This document shows positions 36,651 through 49,357 of a stretch of 64,000 bases of DNA, one piece after another (position 1 is the first letter of the stretch; each line of letters begins with the position of its first letter). The position numbers and the translations under genes are program-made. Location of the stretch: the NCBI GenBank assembly GCA_965235115.1, contig OZ249436.1, positions 49,664,001-49,728,000 on the forward strand, read 5' to 3'. A model generated the notes under the pieces. That model saw only the letters and a program-made list of their open reading frames with translations. It ran no database searches and was not told the origin of the DNA. Source of the DNA: Laetmonice hystrix (Eukaryota).

Positions 36651-39600
36651 AGTGAGCGCTCCCTACATGTATTTAGTGACGTCATACTCGAGCAAACACT
36701 ACAGTGAGGGCTCCCAATATGTACTGTCTGGCCTTATACTCGAGCAAACAACTACAGTGAGGGCTGCCCACATGGACTGACTGGCCTTATACTCGAGCAA
36801 ACACTACAGTGAGGGTTCCCAACATGTACTGTCTGGCCTTATACTCGAGCACACACTACAGTCAGGGCTCCCCACATGTAGTGACTGGCCTTACACTCGA
36901 GCAAACACTACAGTGAGGGCTCTCTATATGTATTGAATGGCCTCAGACATAGGCGCCAGAAGCGGGGGGGGCAGGGGGGCGACCGCCCCCTCAATAATCT
37001 GGTTGGGGGGGGCATCGCCCCCCCCCCAATAATCTGTGATCATGAATGAAAAAAAGGCAGGTTTTTCCACATACAGTCGGCCTGTTGAAACCATGACTTG
37101 GGTGCGTCAAAGACTGGGTCGATTGTCCTAATGATACATTGATACATTGTAATTTATTCATTTACGCCTTCAAAACATAAAAAATCCTGCCTCAAAATGG
37201 CGTAGAAAAGCGTTTTAAGGTGTGTAGTTTTTAAAATTTTCTTGGGGAGGGCCTCCGATCCTGCTTTACTAAGCATGTTGTAGCCTATGACTTTCGCTCC
37301 AGCTCTCTTGCCCCCCCAATAATAATTTGCTTCCGGCGCCCCTGCTCAGACTAGAGCAAACATATACAGTGACGGTTGCCCACATGCATTGACTAGCTTT
37401 ATACTCGGGCAAACAGTACAGTGGAGACTCCCTACATCTATTGACTGGCCTTAGACTGGAGGAAACACTATAGTGAGGGCTTCGAACATGTACTGTATGG
37501 CCTTATACTCGAGCAAACACTACAGGGAGGGCTCCCCACATGTACTGACTGGATTTATACTCGCGTAACCACTACAGTGAGGGCTACCAAACTGTACTGT
37601 ATGGCCTAATAATCCAGCAAACACTAGAGTGAGGACTGCCAACATGGCCTGACTGGCCTTATACTCGAGCAAACACTACGGTAAGGGGTCCCTACATGTA
37701 TTGGCTAGCCTCAGACTGCAGCAAACACTACAGTGAGGGCTCTCTACATGTATTGGCTTACCTTAGGCTGGAGCAGACACTACGGTGAGGACTCCCCACA
37801 TGTCTGGCCGTATACACGTTCAAACAGTACAGTGAGGGCTCTCTACATGTATTGACTGGCCTTATTTTCGAGCAGACACTACAGTGATGGCTCCCTCCAT
37901 GTAATGACTGGGTTGGGCTGGAGCAAACAGTACAGCGAGGGTTCCCTGCATGTATTGACTGGCCTCAGACTGCAGCAAACACTACAGTGAGGGATGACCA
38001 CATGGACTGAGTGGCCTTATACATGTACTCGAGCAAACACTACAGTGAGGGCTGCCGACATGGACTGACTGGTCTTATACTCGACCAAATACTACAGTGA
38101 GGGCTCCCTACATGTATTGACTGGCCTCAGACTGCAGTAAACACTACAGTGAGGGCTCTCCACATGTATTGGCTTGCCTTATTCTGGAGCAAACACTACA
38201 GTGAGGGCTACCTACATGTATTGACTGGCCTCAGACTGAGCGAAGACTACAGTGAGGGCTCCCTACATGTGTTGACCGACCTTATACTCGAGCACACACT
38301 ACAGTGAGGGCTCCCTATAGTGACTGGCTTTATACTCTGGCAAACAGTACAGTAGTGACTCCCTACATGTATTGACTGGCCTTAGACTGGAGGAACCTGT
38401 TCAGTGAGGGTTCCGAACATGTACTCTATGGCCTTATACTCGAGCAAACACTACAGTGAGGGCTGTCCACTTGTACTGACTAGCCTTAATTATACTCGAG
38501 CAAACACTACGGTAAGGGCTGCCCAGATGGACTGACTGGCCTTATACCCGAGCAAACACTACAGTGAGTACTCTCTATATTGAATGGCCTAGAGCTATGT
38601 ATTGAATGGCCTCAGACTAGAGCAAACACGACAGTGAGGGTTGCCCACATGTATTGACTGGATTTATACTCGGCAAACAGTACAGTGGAGACTCCCTACA
38701 TCTATTGACTGGCCTTAGACTGGAGGAAACAATACAGTGAGGGCTCCGAACATGTACTGTCTGGCCTAATACTCGAGCAAATCACTACAGTGAGGGCTGC
38801 CAACATGGGCTGACTGGCCTTATACTCGATCAAACACCACAGTAAGGGGTCTCTACATGTATTGGCTAGCCTTAGACTGGAGCAAATACTACAGTGAGGG
38901 CTCCCTACCTGTATTGACTGGCCTCAGACTGCAGCAAACACTATAGTGAGGGCTCTCTACACGTATTGGCTTGCCTTAGACTGGAGCAGACACTACAGTG
39001 AGGACTCCACACATGTACTGTCTGGCCGTATACTCCAGCAAATACTATGAGGGTTCACCACATATATTGACTGGCCTTATACTCGAGCAAACACTAGAGT
39101 TAGGGCTCTCTACATGTATTGACTGGCCTTATTGTCGAGCAAACACTACAGTGAGGACTCTCTACATGTATTGGCTAGCCTAAGACTGGAGTAAACACGA
39201 CAGTGAGGTTTCTCTACATGTATTGACTGGCCTTATACCCGAGCAAACACTACAGTGAGGGCTCCCAACATGTACTGTCTGGCCTTATACTTGAGCAAAT
39301 ACTAGAGTGAGGGCTCACCACATGTACTATCTGGCGTTATACTCGAGCAAACAATAAAGTGAAGGCTCACCACATGTACTGACTGGCCTCATACCCCAGC
39401 AAACACCACAGTGAGGGCTCTCTATATGTATTGGCTGGCCTTAGACTGGAGCAAACACTACAATGAGGGTTCCCTACATGTATTGACTGGCCTTGGACTG
39501 GAGCAGACACTCTAGTGAGGGCTCCCTACATGTGCTGTCTGGCCTTATACTCGAGCACACACTACAGTGAGGGTTCCCTGTAGTGACTGGCTTTATACTC

Positions 39601-40468
39601 TGGCAAACAGTACAGTAGTGACTCCCTACATGTATTGACTGGCCTTGGACTGGAGGAACCTGTACAGTGAGGGCTCCGAACATGTACTGTATGGCCTTAT
39701 ACTCGAGCAAACACTACAGTGAGGACTTTCCACATGTACTGACTGGCCTTATACTCGAGCAAATACTACAGTGAGGGCTCGATACATGTACTGTCTGGCA
39801 TTATACTCGTTCAAACAATACAGTGAGGGCTCCTTACATGTATTGACTGGCCTTTTTGTCGAGGAAACACTACAGTGAGGGCTCCCGACATGTAATGACT
39901 GAGCTTAGACTGAAGCAAACACTACAGTGAGGGCTCCCTACATGTATTGACTGGCCTTATACTCGAGTAAACACTACAGTGAGGGCTCTGTACATGTATT
40001 GACTGAGCTTAGAGTAAAGCAAACGCTCAGTACAGTGATGGCTCCCTACATGTCTTGACTGGCCTTATACTCGAGCAAACACTACAGTGAAGGCTCCCAA
40101 CATGTACTGTCTGGCCTTATAATCGAGCAAACACTATTGTCAGGGCTCACCACATGTACTGACTGGCCTTATACTCTAGCAAACACTAGAGTCTACATGT
40201 GAGGGATCCCTACATGTATTGAATGCCCTTGGGCTGGAGCAAACACTACAGTGAGGGCTCTCTACATATATTGGCTGGCCTTATTGTCGAGTAAACACTA
40301 CCGTGAAGGCTCCCCACATGTACTGACTGGTCTTATACTAGAGCAAACAGTCCAGTGCACTACAGTGAGGGCTCTCTACATGTATTGACTGGCCTCAGAC
40401 TGGAGCAAACACTACAGTGATGGCTGCCCACATGGACTGACTGGCCTTATACTCGAGCAAACACTACG
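36651..40468. repeat. Diverged 52-bp satellite array, about 65 monomers, with higher-order structure
   Basis: Unit ACTACAGTGAGGGCTCCCTACATGTATTGACTGGCCTTATACTCGAGCAAAC; period 52 (36781, 36833). Confidence 0.95.
36948..37344. mobile_element. CA..TG MITE inserted in the satellite, 6-bp TSD
   Basis: TIRs CATAGGCGCCAGAAGC and GCTTCCGGCGCCCCTG; CTCAGA duplicated at 36942-36947 and 37345-37350. Confidence 0.88.
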
Positions 40469-40781
40469 GATTTCAGTCTACCACTTATTCAAGTAGTAGG
40501 CCTATACCCCTAACTGTTGTAGAGCGCTGCCGCTCATGCTGTCTCTGGAGATCCTTGTAGTGTAAGCCTCGAAAATGACACATCAATGTAACAAACTTGG
40601 CCGATTTCTTAAGCTTTGATATCCTGTTACAGTAGGCCTATAAAGTAGACTAGGCCTAGGCCTTTATGGACTCCAGGAGTGACAATTTGCTGTCGCCGTT
40701 GTTAACTAGGCCTACCTAATTTACAGACACCATTTTGACCAGCACTGACTGAAGAAAGTACATCTAAAGAAATAGGGCATG

Positions 40782-41268
40782 CAGGCGCGTATCCAGGATT
40801 TTCAGCAGGGGGAGGGGCATCTCAGAAAATATTTTTAAAAATTAGAAGCTCTGAGACGCGATTTCCCGCCATTTAGGGGCCATTTTAGGGCATTATATTT
40901 TGTGGATTCATCGTTCAACGGGTTCAAAACGGCGGGAATGATTAGAAAAAATCGCTCAACGGGTTCAAAACGGCGGGATAGAAAAATCTAGGCTATGCTC
41001 TGTGGGAGCAGGGGGGTCAGGACCCCCTGGGTTGTGTTTCAATAGGTAGAGTCTATAGCCCAAAGATAGGCTAGCTTAGTTTTGAAAATCTCGCTGGAGC
41101 CAGGGGCGAGGTTTTATTGAAACACTCGCTCTCCCCCCATCCAGACTGCACTACTGAGTCCAAATGATATCTTTGGCAAAGATATCTTTGGCAAAGATAG
41201 GTCTATCTTTTGATATTGAAACGCACCCCTGGAACCCCCCCCCCCCCCCCCCGGCGGACACGCGCCTG
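40782..41268. mobile_element. CAGG-terminated MITE (related fragments near 4850, 18535, 20291, 24578, 36605)
   Basis: TIRs CAGGCGCGTATCC and GGACACGCGCCTG with G/C runs; no TSD seen. Confidence 0.7.
41030..41228. mobile_element. PIF/Harbinger-like MITE nested in the previous element
   Basis: TIRs GGTTGTGTTTCAATA and TATTGAAACGCACCC; 3-bp TSD CTG (41027-41029, 41229-41231). Confidence 0.75.
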
Positions 41269-41487
41269 CGGGGGGCCTAGTGAACTGTGTAGAGAAGGCT
41301 GAGAATTCGATCATAAGAGCCATAGGCCTACTGGATTCCAGTGTAAAATACTCATCAAGAAGTGTAGAGTGTAGGCCTAAGTGGTTAAAAATGGGGGGGG
41401 GGGCCTATATATAATATGCCTATTTATTTTGGCCCCCACGCGGCGATAAGAGGAACCACCGAAGGTTGCCGATTCCACAACGATCAA

Positions 41488-41696
41488 AGCGCCACCTGGT
41501 TTGAGCTCGAACAGACTGTTTCACTTCCTGTGCGGCCATTTTGGAAGTATCATGTGCTTGTTTTAACCATAATATGCTTTTAGAACCGTATTATCTTCGC
41601 GTTCATGACCTTTCTGGAGACTTAACAGGTCACGTCAAGTCAGCGATTTCCATCAGTATGACCCACAGATTCCTTTACTTGAATTTATAGTTCCAG
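41488..41696 (+). promoter_or_regulatory. Putative promoter and non-coding first exon of the ZC3H7-like gene
   Basis: CTCF-like GCGCCACCTGG (~41489), ETS CACTTCCTG (41522-41530), YY1-type GCGGCCATTTT (41532-41542), CpG-rich surroundings, and a consensus donor CAG|GTAAGT at 41696/41697. Confidence 0.55.
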
Positions 41697-43482
41697 GTAA
41701 GTGTTCTGTTTAATGAAAAATACTTTTTCCTTTTGGTCCGACGAGGGAGGAGAGGCGGTGTTTGCGCAAACACCGCCGTGCCTGGTTCAGTGTCGGGGGG
41801 TCGGAGTTTGTACCACGAACCAGTCGGTGGTCTGCATGGCCGCAGCCCGGCGGCGCAGGGACAGGAGTGGCAGTGCCCACAGACTTGTCATGGCGGATGT
41901 CGCTAGTAGTAGGCCTACAATTTAACTTAAGTACCCGGTACAAGAGCTATGGCGCTATGCCTAGGCTATGGCTATGGCTACGGTTTGACTTCGAGAGGTA
42001 GCACTGCTTCATAGCAAGTCCAAAGTTCTGCAAAATGTTGCTTCAACCCCCCCCCCCCCCGCCCCTTCTCTGCCTACATAAATTACATGGCATCATCATG
42101 GTAACGTTTACGCGTGCCTTTCAAAAAAAAAACCTCACTTAGACAGTGCCCATTTGATTTGAATTTGATGGGTATTGTGTAAAAAAAATAATTAGGCAGT
42201 GTACGTATAATTATCCCGCAACGGCTTAGCCAGTCAAATCACCAGTTATCTTAGTTTGACTAATTACCGAGTCCAAACAAATTGCTTGGATTAGGGTTAG
42301 GGTCAGGCCTACGGTAGGGCTAGTTCTATTTTTGTCTTTTGTTTTTTTGTAATTATAGCGAGCGCAGCAAGCTCTATACCCAAGGAATCGAGTTTGGTGC
42401 ATTAACCAGACATGGAAATCCTAGCTAGGAAATCCATGCACTACATCGAAATTCAAATTTCCTGAATGCATGGGAATCTACAAACCACTTCCTTATTCCA
42501 CTTCTATAAACAGATTCCAAACATTTTGTGACTTTTCCATTTGATCCTACTAACCATTCCCGTGAAATCGCCTGTCAGAAACGTAACGGCTAATCGCTGC
42601 CATTTACGACCGCTTGACCGAAGTGAATATGGTGAAAAACGCAGACATAGATTTAGAACCCGATCTGTTGACTTCCATTGTGACGTCACAATATCAACAC
42701 ATGCTTATTCCAAATTCTACTGTGACGTGACATTATTACCATGGTCGTCATACGATGACAATAGGCGTTGCTAAGTGACCTGTCACTCCTGGCGCTGACT
42801 GCCGACTGTCAACACACACCTAGTCGGGAGTCGCAGTCTTTCATATTCAACATGTTTAATCTGAAAAACTGGCTGTCGCCGACTGGCAAAAACCGTCTTG
42901 TCGGGTCGTAGGGGCGCACACACCAAGGAAACTGTCCAGTCCGGTCGGGTCGGATGACCCAGTTTCTCTGGTGTGTGGCCGGCTTTAGTAGCTAGGGCCT
43001 AGGCTAATATAGATAAAACTATGCTTGCCCCTGGGTACCACCTAAGTCATATTTTGTTTAATTGGATAGTCTGCTAGTTTTATTTTTGTCTAAAATTGTT
43101 TTTTTTTTGTAATTATGTGTTTAATTGGATAGTCTGCTATTTAGCCAGGTATCGCCGGGCCACCACTGCCCTCCCGTCGGGAAAAAAATTTGATAAAAGC
43201 AATTTTTGTGGATTTGGGGCCATTATTGAAAATGACGGTGTACAAGATAAGTCTATACAAATATTCCTACCAAAGAACAGTGTCCTGTGATGTGTTTTCA
43301 CCACGTATGCAGTGAAGAATTGCAGCAATTTTTGACGTGCCCATTCGAACTTCAAATTACATGCCTGCTATTGAATTGCAACTTTCTACAAATTTTCCCT
43401 TCAACAATAACTGCTGCTGAAATTGCAGTATTCTGTCTTATTCTAGTTAAATGTGTGTTTTATGTTCCATACAGGCTCCACG

Positions 43483-43583
43483 ATGGTGGATCCAAGGAAT
43501 GACGTCCCTGACCTCATTCAGTGGGGTCAATGCTCAGAGAGGGAGCAGTGGAATCTGGTTGAAACGTTTTTTGAATTTTATCA
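43483..43583 (+). CDS. ZC3H7: ZC3H7-like gene, first coding exon
   Basis: Acceptor ccatacag| at 43474, ATG in ACGATGG context at 43483, donor CA|gtaagt; MVDPRNDVPDLIQWGQCSEREQWNLVETFFEFY; phase 2. Confidence 0.72.
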
Positions 43584-45094
43584 GTAAGTACACCAGATGA
43601 ACATATATTCAAGATAATAGAAACCTCATTTCTAAAGTTGCTGAAAGTTTCTGTATCCAGGGCCAAACACTATGAACTTATGAAGTCTGCTCAGTATGGG
43701 AGAATGACTCATGCCATAGCCCTGTATTATCATTAGGCCAGCCAGTGCATAACCACATACTAAGGTAGTTCTGCAGGGTTTCTGAAAGGAAACCAGGAAC
43801 AAAACATATTATAAGTACAGCAAAATTACCAAAAAATATTGATTTAAAGGTAAGGGCTTGTCAAAAATCACATGAAATAGTAGGACTGTAGGAGTTAAAG
43901 GTGGGACTCGACAGCTGGGAGAGTTTACATTTCGAAACAGAATCTTGGTTAGATGTGAAACCAGTGTTCTAGCCAGTAACATTTCTCACAGTGGGGGAAA
44001 GGTGATGGACAAACACCGAAGCTGTGCAGTCATGAGGACCGAAGGCGCGAAGCCCACCAGAGGGGGTCTTTTTGAAAATTTTGAAAATAGTCCATTTGAA
44101 ATTTCCGGAACCTAGAAATGTTCTTTCCTATGAATTTTTTTTGTTGATTTATACTCTAATGGGGTCCTAGAACAAATTCAACTTGGTTGCCCAAAGGGCA
44201 ACTTTGGGCAAATCTCGTAATCTGCATAAATCCAAGATGGCCGTCCAACGCCACCTTGAAAATTTAACTTTTGAACCACTTGCCTTAGAATGATGTATAA
44301 TACATCATTTTAGGGGCTTTTGGGTATGTAGAATCCATTTCTGATGTTATTTTTTCAATTGAAGGTCAAGGTCAGGTCAAATTCAAGATGGCCGCCCAAC
44401 GCTACCTTGAAAATTTAACTTTTGAACCACTTGCTTTAGAATGATGTATAATACGTCATTTTAGGGGGTGTTGGGTATGTAGAATCCATTTCTGATGTTA
44501 TTTTTTCAATTGAAGGTCAAGGTCAGGTCAAATTCAAGATGGCCGCCCAACGCCACCTTGAAAATTTAACTTTTCAACCACTTGCCTTAGAATGATTATA
44601 ATACGGTACGTCTTTTTAGGGGTTTTTGGGCATGTAGAATCCATTTCTGATGCTATTTTTTCAATTGAAGGTCAAGGTCAGGTCAAATTCTAAATGGCCG
44701 CCCAATGCTACCTTGAAAATTTAACTTTTGAACCACTTGCCTTAGAATGATGTATAATACATCATTTTAGGGGTTTTTGGGAATGTAGAATCCATTTCTG
44801 ATGTTATTTTTTCAATTGAAGGTCAAGGTCAGGTCAAATTCAAGATGGCCGCCCAACGCTACCTTGAAAATTTAACTTTTGAACCACTTGCTTTAGAATG
44901 ATGTATAATACGTCATTTTACGGGTTTTTGGGTATGTAGAATCCATTTCTGATGTTATGTTTTCAATTGAAGGTCAAGGTCAGGTCAAATTTAAGATGGC
45001 CGCCCAAAGCCACCTTGAAAATTTAACTTTTGAACCACTTGCCTTAGAATGATGTATAATACGTCTTTTATTAGGACCCTACGCCAACTGCTGT

Positions 45095-47123
45095 TTTTAG
45101 CCCCCACAACGGGGGGCTTATAATTCGACCTCCGTCCGTCCGTGCGTCCGTCCGTCCCTCCGTATGTCCGTAGACAGCGATTTCTCAGAAGTGTATGGGT
45201 CGATTTCTTTGAAACTTCACACAAGGATCAGGGATGAACTGCGGATGATGCACGTCAAACAGATTTTTGATATCATTCAAAATGGCCGCTTGGCGGCCAT
45301 CTTGAATGTAAACACATTTTGAGCAATAACTCAGCCAAAACAATCACGATTTCTTTCAAACATGGTGCAGGGATGAGGCATAATGAGGGCCAATATGCAT
45401 CACAATAAAATTTCAATTCAGATCCAAAATGGCGAGATGGCGGCCATATTTGTTTCTTGTCCCCCACAATGACACTGTTTTGGCTTATATCTCGAAAACA
45501 GTGCAAGATGACGCAATAGTTCCTATTATTGATAGATAGGAAGTCATATATGACGTTTCATTTGGCGCCATTTTCGATGACCTTGAGCGACCTTGAAAGG
45601 TCAATCAAGGTCATGCATATTTTCAATAGCCTGGATCTTCAAAACAGTTAAAGATAACGACATAATCTTGCATGAAACATTACATAATGATCCAGGAAAG
45701 TCCACGGATGAGGCAGGTCAAAGATATTTTTGACATCAGTCAAAATGGCCGCGTGGTGGCCATCTTGGATGTAAACACATTTGGAGTAATAACTCACACA
45801 AAACGATCCCGATTTCTTTCAAATTTGGTGGAAAGAAGGTGTATATGAGGGGCAATGTATTCCCAGATCAGAGCAAATATGGCGACATGGCGGCCATATT
45901 AATATTTTTACCTCCCCGCTATAACACTGCTTTGGCTCATATCTCCAAAACGGTGCAAGATAAGGCAATAGTTATTATTATTGACAGATAGGAAGTCATA
46001 TAATTATGACGTTTCATTTGGCGCCGTTTTCGATGACCTTGAGCGACCTTGAAAGGTCAATCAAGGTCATGCATATTTTCAATAGCCTGGATCTTCAAAA
46101 CAGTTAAAGATAACGACATAATCTTGCATGAAACATTACATAATGATCCGGGACAGTCCACGGATGAGGCAGGTCAAATATATTTTAGACATCAGTCAAA
46201 ATGGCCGCGTGGTGGCCATCTTGGATGTAAACACATTTGGAACAATAACTCAGACAAAACGATCCCGATTTCTTTCAAATTTGGTGGAAAGAAGGTGTAT
46301 ATGAGGGGCAATGTATATGCCAATGTATTTCTAGATAAGAGGAAATATGGCGACATGGCGGCCATATTAATATTTTACTCCCCCCCCATAACACTGCTTT
46401 GACTCATATCTCGAAAACGGTGCAAGATAAGGCAACAGTTATTATTATTGATAGATAGGAAGTCATATATGAAGTTTCATTTGGCGTCATTTTCCATGAC
46501 CTTGAGCGACCTTGAAAGGTCAATCAAGGTCATGCATATTTTAATGGCCTGTACCTCCAAACCAGTTAAAAATAACAACATCTTATCTTGCATGAAACAT
46601 TACATAATAACCAGGGACAGTCTAAGGAGGACACAGGTCAAATATATCATTAAAAATGGCTGCTTGGTGGCCATCTTGGATTTAAAGAAATTCGAAGCAA
46701 TAACATTTTCTGGATTTCATTCTTGCTGACAGAAGGCATGAGGGGCAACAAGCGTGCCAAAAGTATGCATAATTCCTGGACCCACAGATAATTTGTCCCT
46801 ACTCAGTTGGTTCACGCCAGACAACGCTATTAAACTGTACATAACTGACCTCTAAAGGTCAATCGAGGTCAAGCATGTCTACAACACTTCATGTCGGATA
46901 ACACTATCAAACTGTACATAACTGCATAGTTATTGCAGACACATGCATCTTTACGCCGGATAACGCCATCAAGCTGTACATATAACTGCATAGAACTTTA
47001 CTAAGTTTACAAAGTTTCATTTGACAATATTTCCTTTGCCCTTCAAAGATCAATTGAAGTCGTGCATCGTTTTTTCAAGAATCCATAGTTCGTGGTGGGG
47101 GCTATAAGCTTCACAAGCTTGTT
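45095..47123 (+). mobile_element. Helentron-associated non-autonomous element (HINE/DINE-1-like)
   Basis: 5' TTTTAGCCCCCAC with nearby inverted GGGGGCT, (TCCG)n microsatellite, ~460-bp internal repeats (45601, 46057, 46520), 3' subTIR GTGGGGGCTATAA plus stem-loop AAGCTT-CAC-AAGCTT; inserted in a T run. Confidence 0.85.
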
Positions 47124-47842
47124 TCTTTTGAAATGCACGGGCATCATGCGTAACCCAATTACTTTGACAATGTCCCTAAAGAGAAGAGTCGTATAGACTA
47201 GTCCTCTACAGGAATCGAACCCCGGCCCCAAGATTACTGCACCCATTTGCATAGCATAAGGAGTGATCAGGACCCTATATACGCCACCTGCCTGTAGTGA
47301 TTTCGTCCCTATATTACCCACCCGGCTGTATTTTTCTTTTGAAATGCACGGGCATCAGGGGTAACCCAATTACTTTGACAATGTCCCTAAAGAGAAAAGT
47401 TGTATAGTCCTCTACAGGAATCGAACCCCGACCCCAAGATTACTGCACCCATTCGCATAGCATAAGGTGTCGACATCCATGCCCACTAGGCCACCGCCAC
47501 TCCCCTAAAAAAGGAGCTTTGGTGGTCGAGCAGGACAATGGACCCTCCCCCCTACACACATCTTCCTGCGAAATGAGACGGAATCCATATTTTCTTAGAT
47601 AGAGCTACACATGATTTCTACCGAACATTGACTGGTAAGGTAATCCTGGCACTGGCGTAGACTGTATTTTTCTTTTGATATGCACGGGCATCAGGGGTAA
47701 CCCAATTACTTTGACAATGTCCCTAAAGAAAAAAGTTGTATAGTCCTCTACAGGAATCGAACCCCGACCCCAAGATTACTGCACCCATTCGCATAGCATA
47801 AGGTATCGACGCCCATGCCCACTCGGCCACAGCCACTCCCCT
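47124..47842 (-). repeat. Three copies of a tRNA-like (Pol III A/B box) SINE-type sequence in the spacer of the foldback element
   Basis: Copies at about 47124-47265 (truncated), 47326-47503 and 47661-47842; minus strand TGGCCTAGTGG (A box) and GGTTCGATTCC (B box). Confidence 0.6.
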
Positions 47843-49136
47843 GTGATTAGGAACCTATATACCCCACATGACTGTAGTGATTAGGGCCCTATATACCCCA
47901 CCAAACAGTATAGTGAGGCCAAACAATACAGTGAGGGCAAACAGTACAGTGAGGCCAAACAGTGCACGGAGGCCAAACAGTACAGTGAGAAGTCATGGTA
48001 CTGGCTGGCCTGTTTCCTGTGGGTTTACAAGGGAGCCTCCTGTTTGTTACCAGCCGTTTATTGCCATTCTAATACCCTAACCTGACCTTGACCTTCAATT
48101 GAAAAAATAACATCAGAATTGGATTGATTCTACACACCCAAAAACCCCTAAAAAGACGTATTATACATCATTCTAATGCAAGTGGTTCAAAAGTTAAATT
48201 CTCAAGGTGGTGTTGGGCGGCCACCTTGAATTTGAAATGACCTTGACCTTCAATTGAAAAGATAACATCAGAAATGGATTCTACATGCCCCAAAACCCCT
48301 AAAAAGACGTACCGTATTATACATCATTCTAAGGCAAGTGGTTGAAAAGTTAAATTTTCAAGGTGACGTTGGGCGGCCATCTTGAATTTGACCTGACCTT
48401 GACCTTCAATTGAAAAAATAACATCAGAAATGGATTCTACATACCCAAAAACCCCTAAAATGACATATTATACATCATTCTAAAGCAAGTGGTTCAAAAG
48501 TTAAATTTTCAAGGTGGCGTTGGGCGGCCACCTTGAATTTGACCTGACCTTGACCTTCAATTGAAAAAATAACATCAGAAATGGATTCTACATACCCAAA
48601 AACCCCTAAAATGATGTATTATACATCATTCTAAGGCAAGTGGTTCAAAAGTTAAATTTTTAAGGTGGCGTTGGGCGGCCATCTTGGATTTATGCAGATT
48701 ACGAGATTTGCCCAAAGTTGCCCTTTGGGCAACCAAGTTGAATTTGTTCTAGGACCCCATTAGAGTATAAATCAACAAAAAAATTTCATAGGAAAGAACA
48801 TTTCTAGGTTGGTGTATTGAACACATAGGACTGTCAAATGGACTAAAACATGCTCTTTAAATGGTGCATTCTGGTGCATTTGAGATGAATAAAGGTGGCG
48901 GAAGGAGTTGTCAGCGCAGGGGAGCGCCGTGGGGGAGTTCAGTTAGAACCCTGTGGAACCATGCATGTATTTTAATGTGGCCCCTATAGGCATTGTTCCA
49001 CAGCTAGCCGGTGGTATGACTTGTTCATTATGATGATGCGTGCGCATAGGAGGGGATTCCCCTGTTAAATGGCATTGACAAGATGTCTCAGATTAGTGGT
49101 GAACTGACTAAATTTGTAATTGCTTGTTTGTTTCAG

Positions 49137-49164
49137 AGCAAATCTCGTCCCACCATTCAGTGAG
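49137..49164 (+). CDS. ZC3H7: ZC3H7-like gene, 28-nt micro-exon
   Basis: ttgtttcag|...GAG|gtaatt; phase 2->0; ANLVPPFSE; restores frame between the flanking exons. Confidence 0.7.
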
Positions 49165-49357
49165 GTAATTATAAATCTACCCTCCTTGCCCAGTAAACAA
49201 AAAGGTGATGTCCGCACAAAATTCAGTCCATGAAGCACAATCATGAATATTATTCATAAAAAGATCTGCAGTGATTCACAATCACAACCACCTTTGCTTG
49301 TACAAATTTACCGGTACACATGTACTTCATTATACTGCTTTTCATGACTGTTTGTAG

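Larger units (their letters stand above)
44088..48845. mobile_element. Non-autonomous long-TIR (foldback) DNA transposon, Academ-like termini
   Basis: Ends TAGTCCATTTGA...TCAAATGGACTA flanked by AAA/AAA (alternatively read as a TA TSD); arms about 44088-45070 and 48079-48845 are reverse complements built of 151-bp tandem units; no transposase ORF. Confidence 0.85.
43962..48953. mobile_element. Old short CAG..CTG element split by the large insertion
   Basis: Imperfect TIRs CAGTGTTCTAGC and GTTAGAACCCTG; the halves rejoin as GAAAATTTTGAAAA...CATGCTCTTTAAATGGTGCATTCTGGTGCATT. Confidence 0.5.

Noticed and set aside
36651..40468. CRISPR-like appearance of the 52-bp array and the other minisatellites
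   Set aside because: Whole units repeat with no unique spacers; no cas genes; eukaryotic context.
47326..47842. tRNA genes
   Set aside because: A and B boxes are present but I could not build a cloverleaf, and similarity between copies extends well beyond tRNA length.
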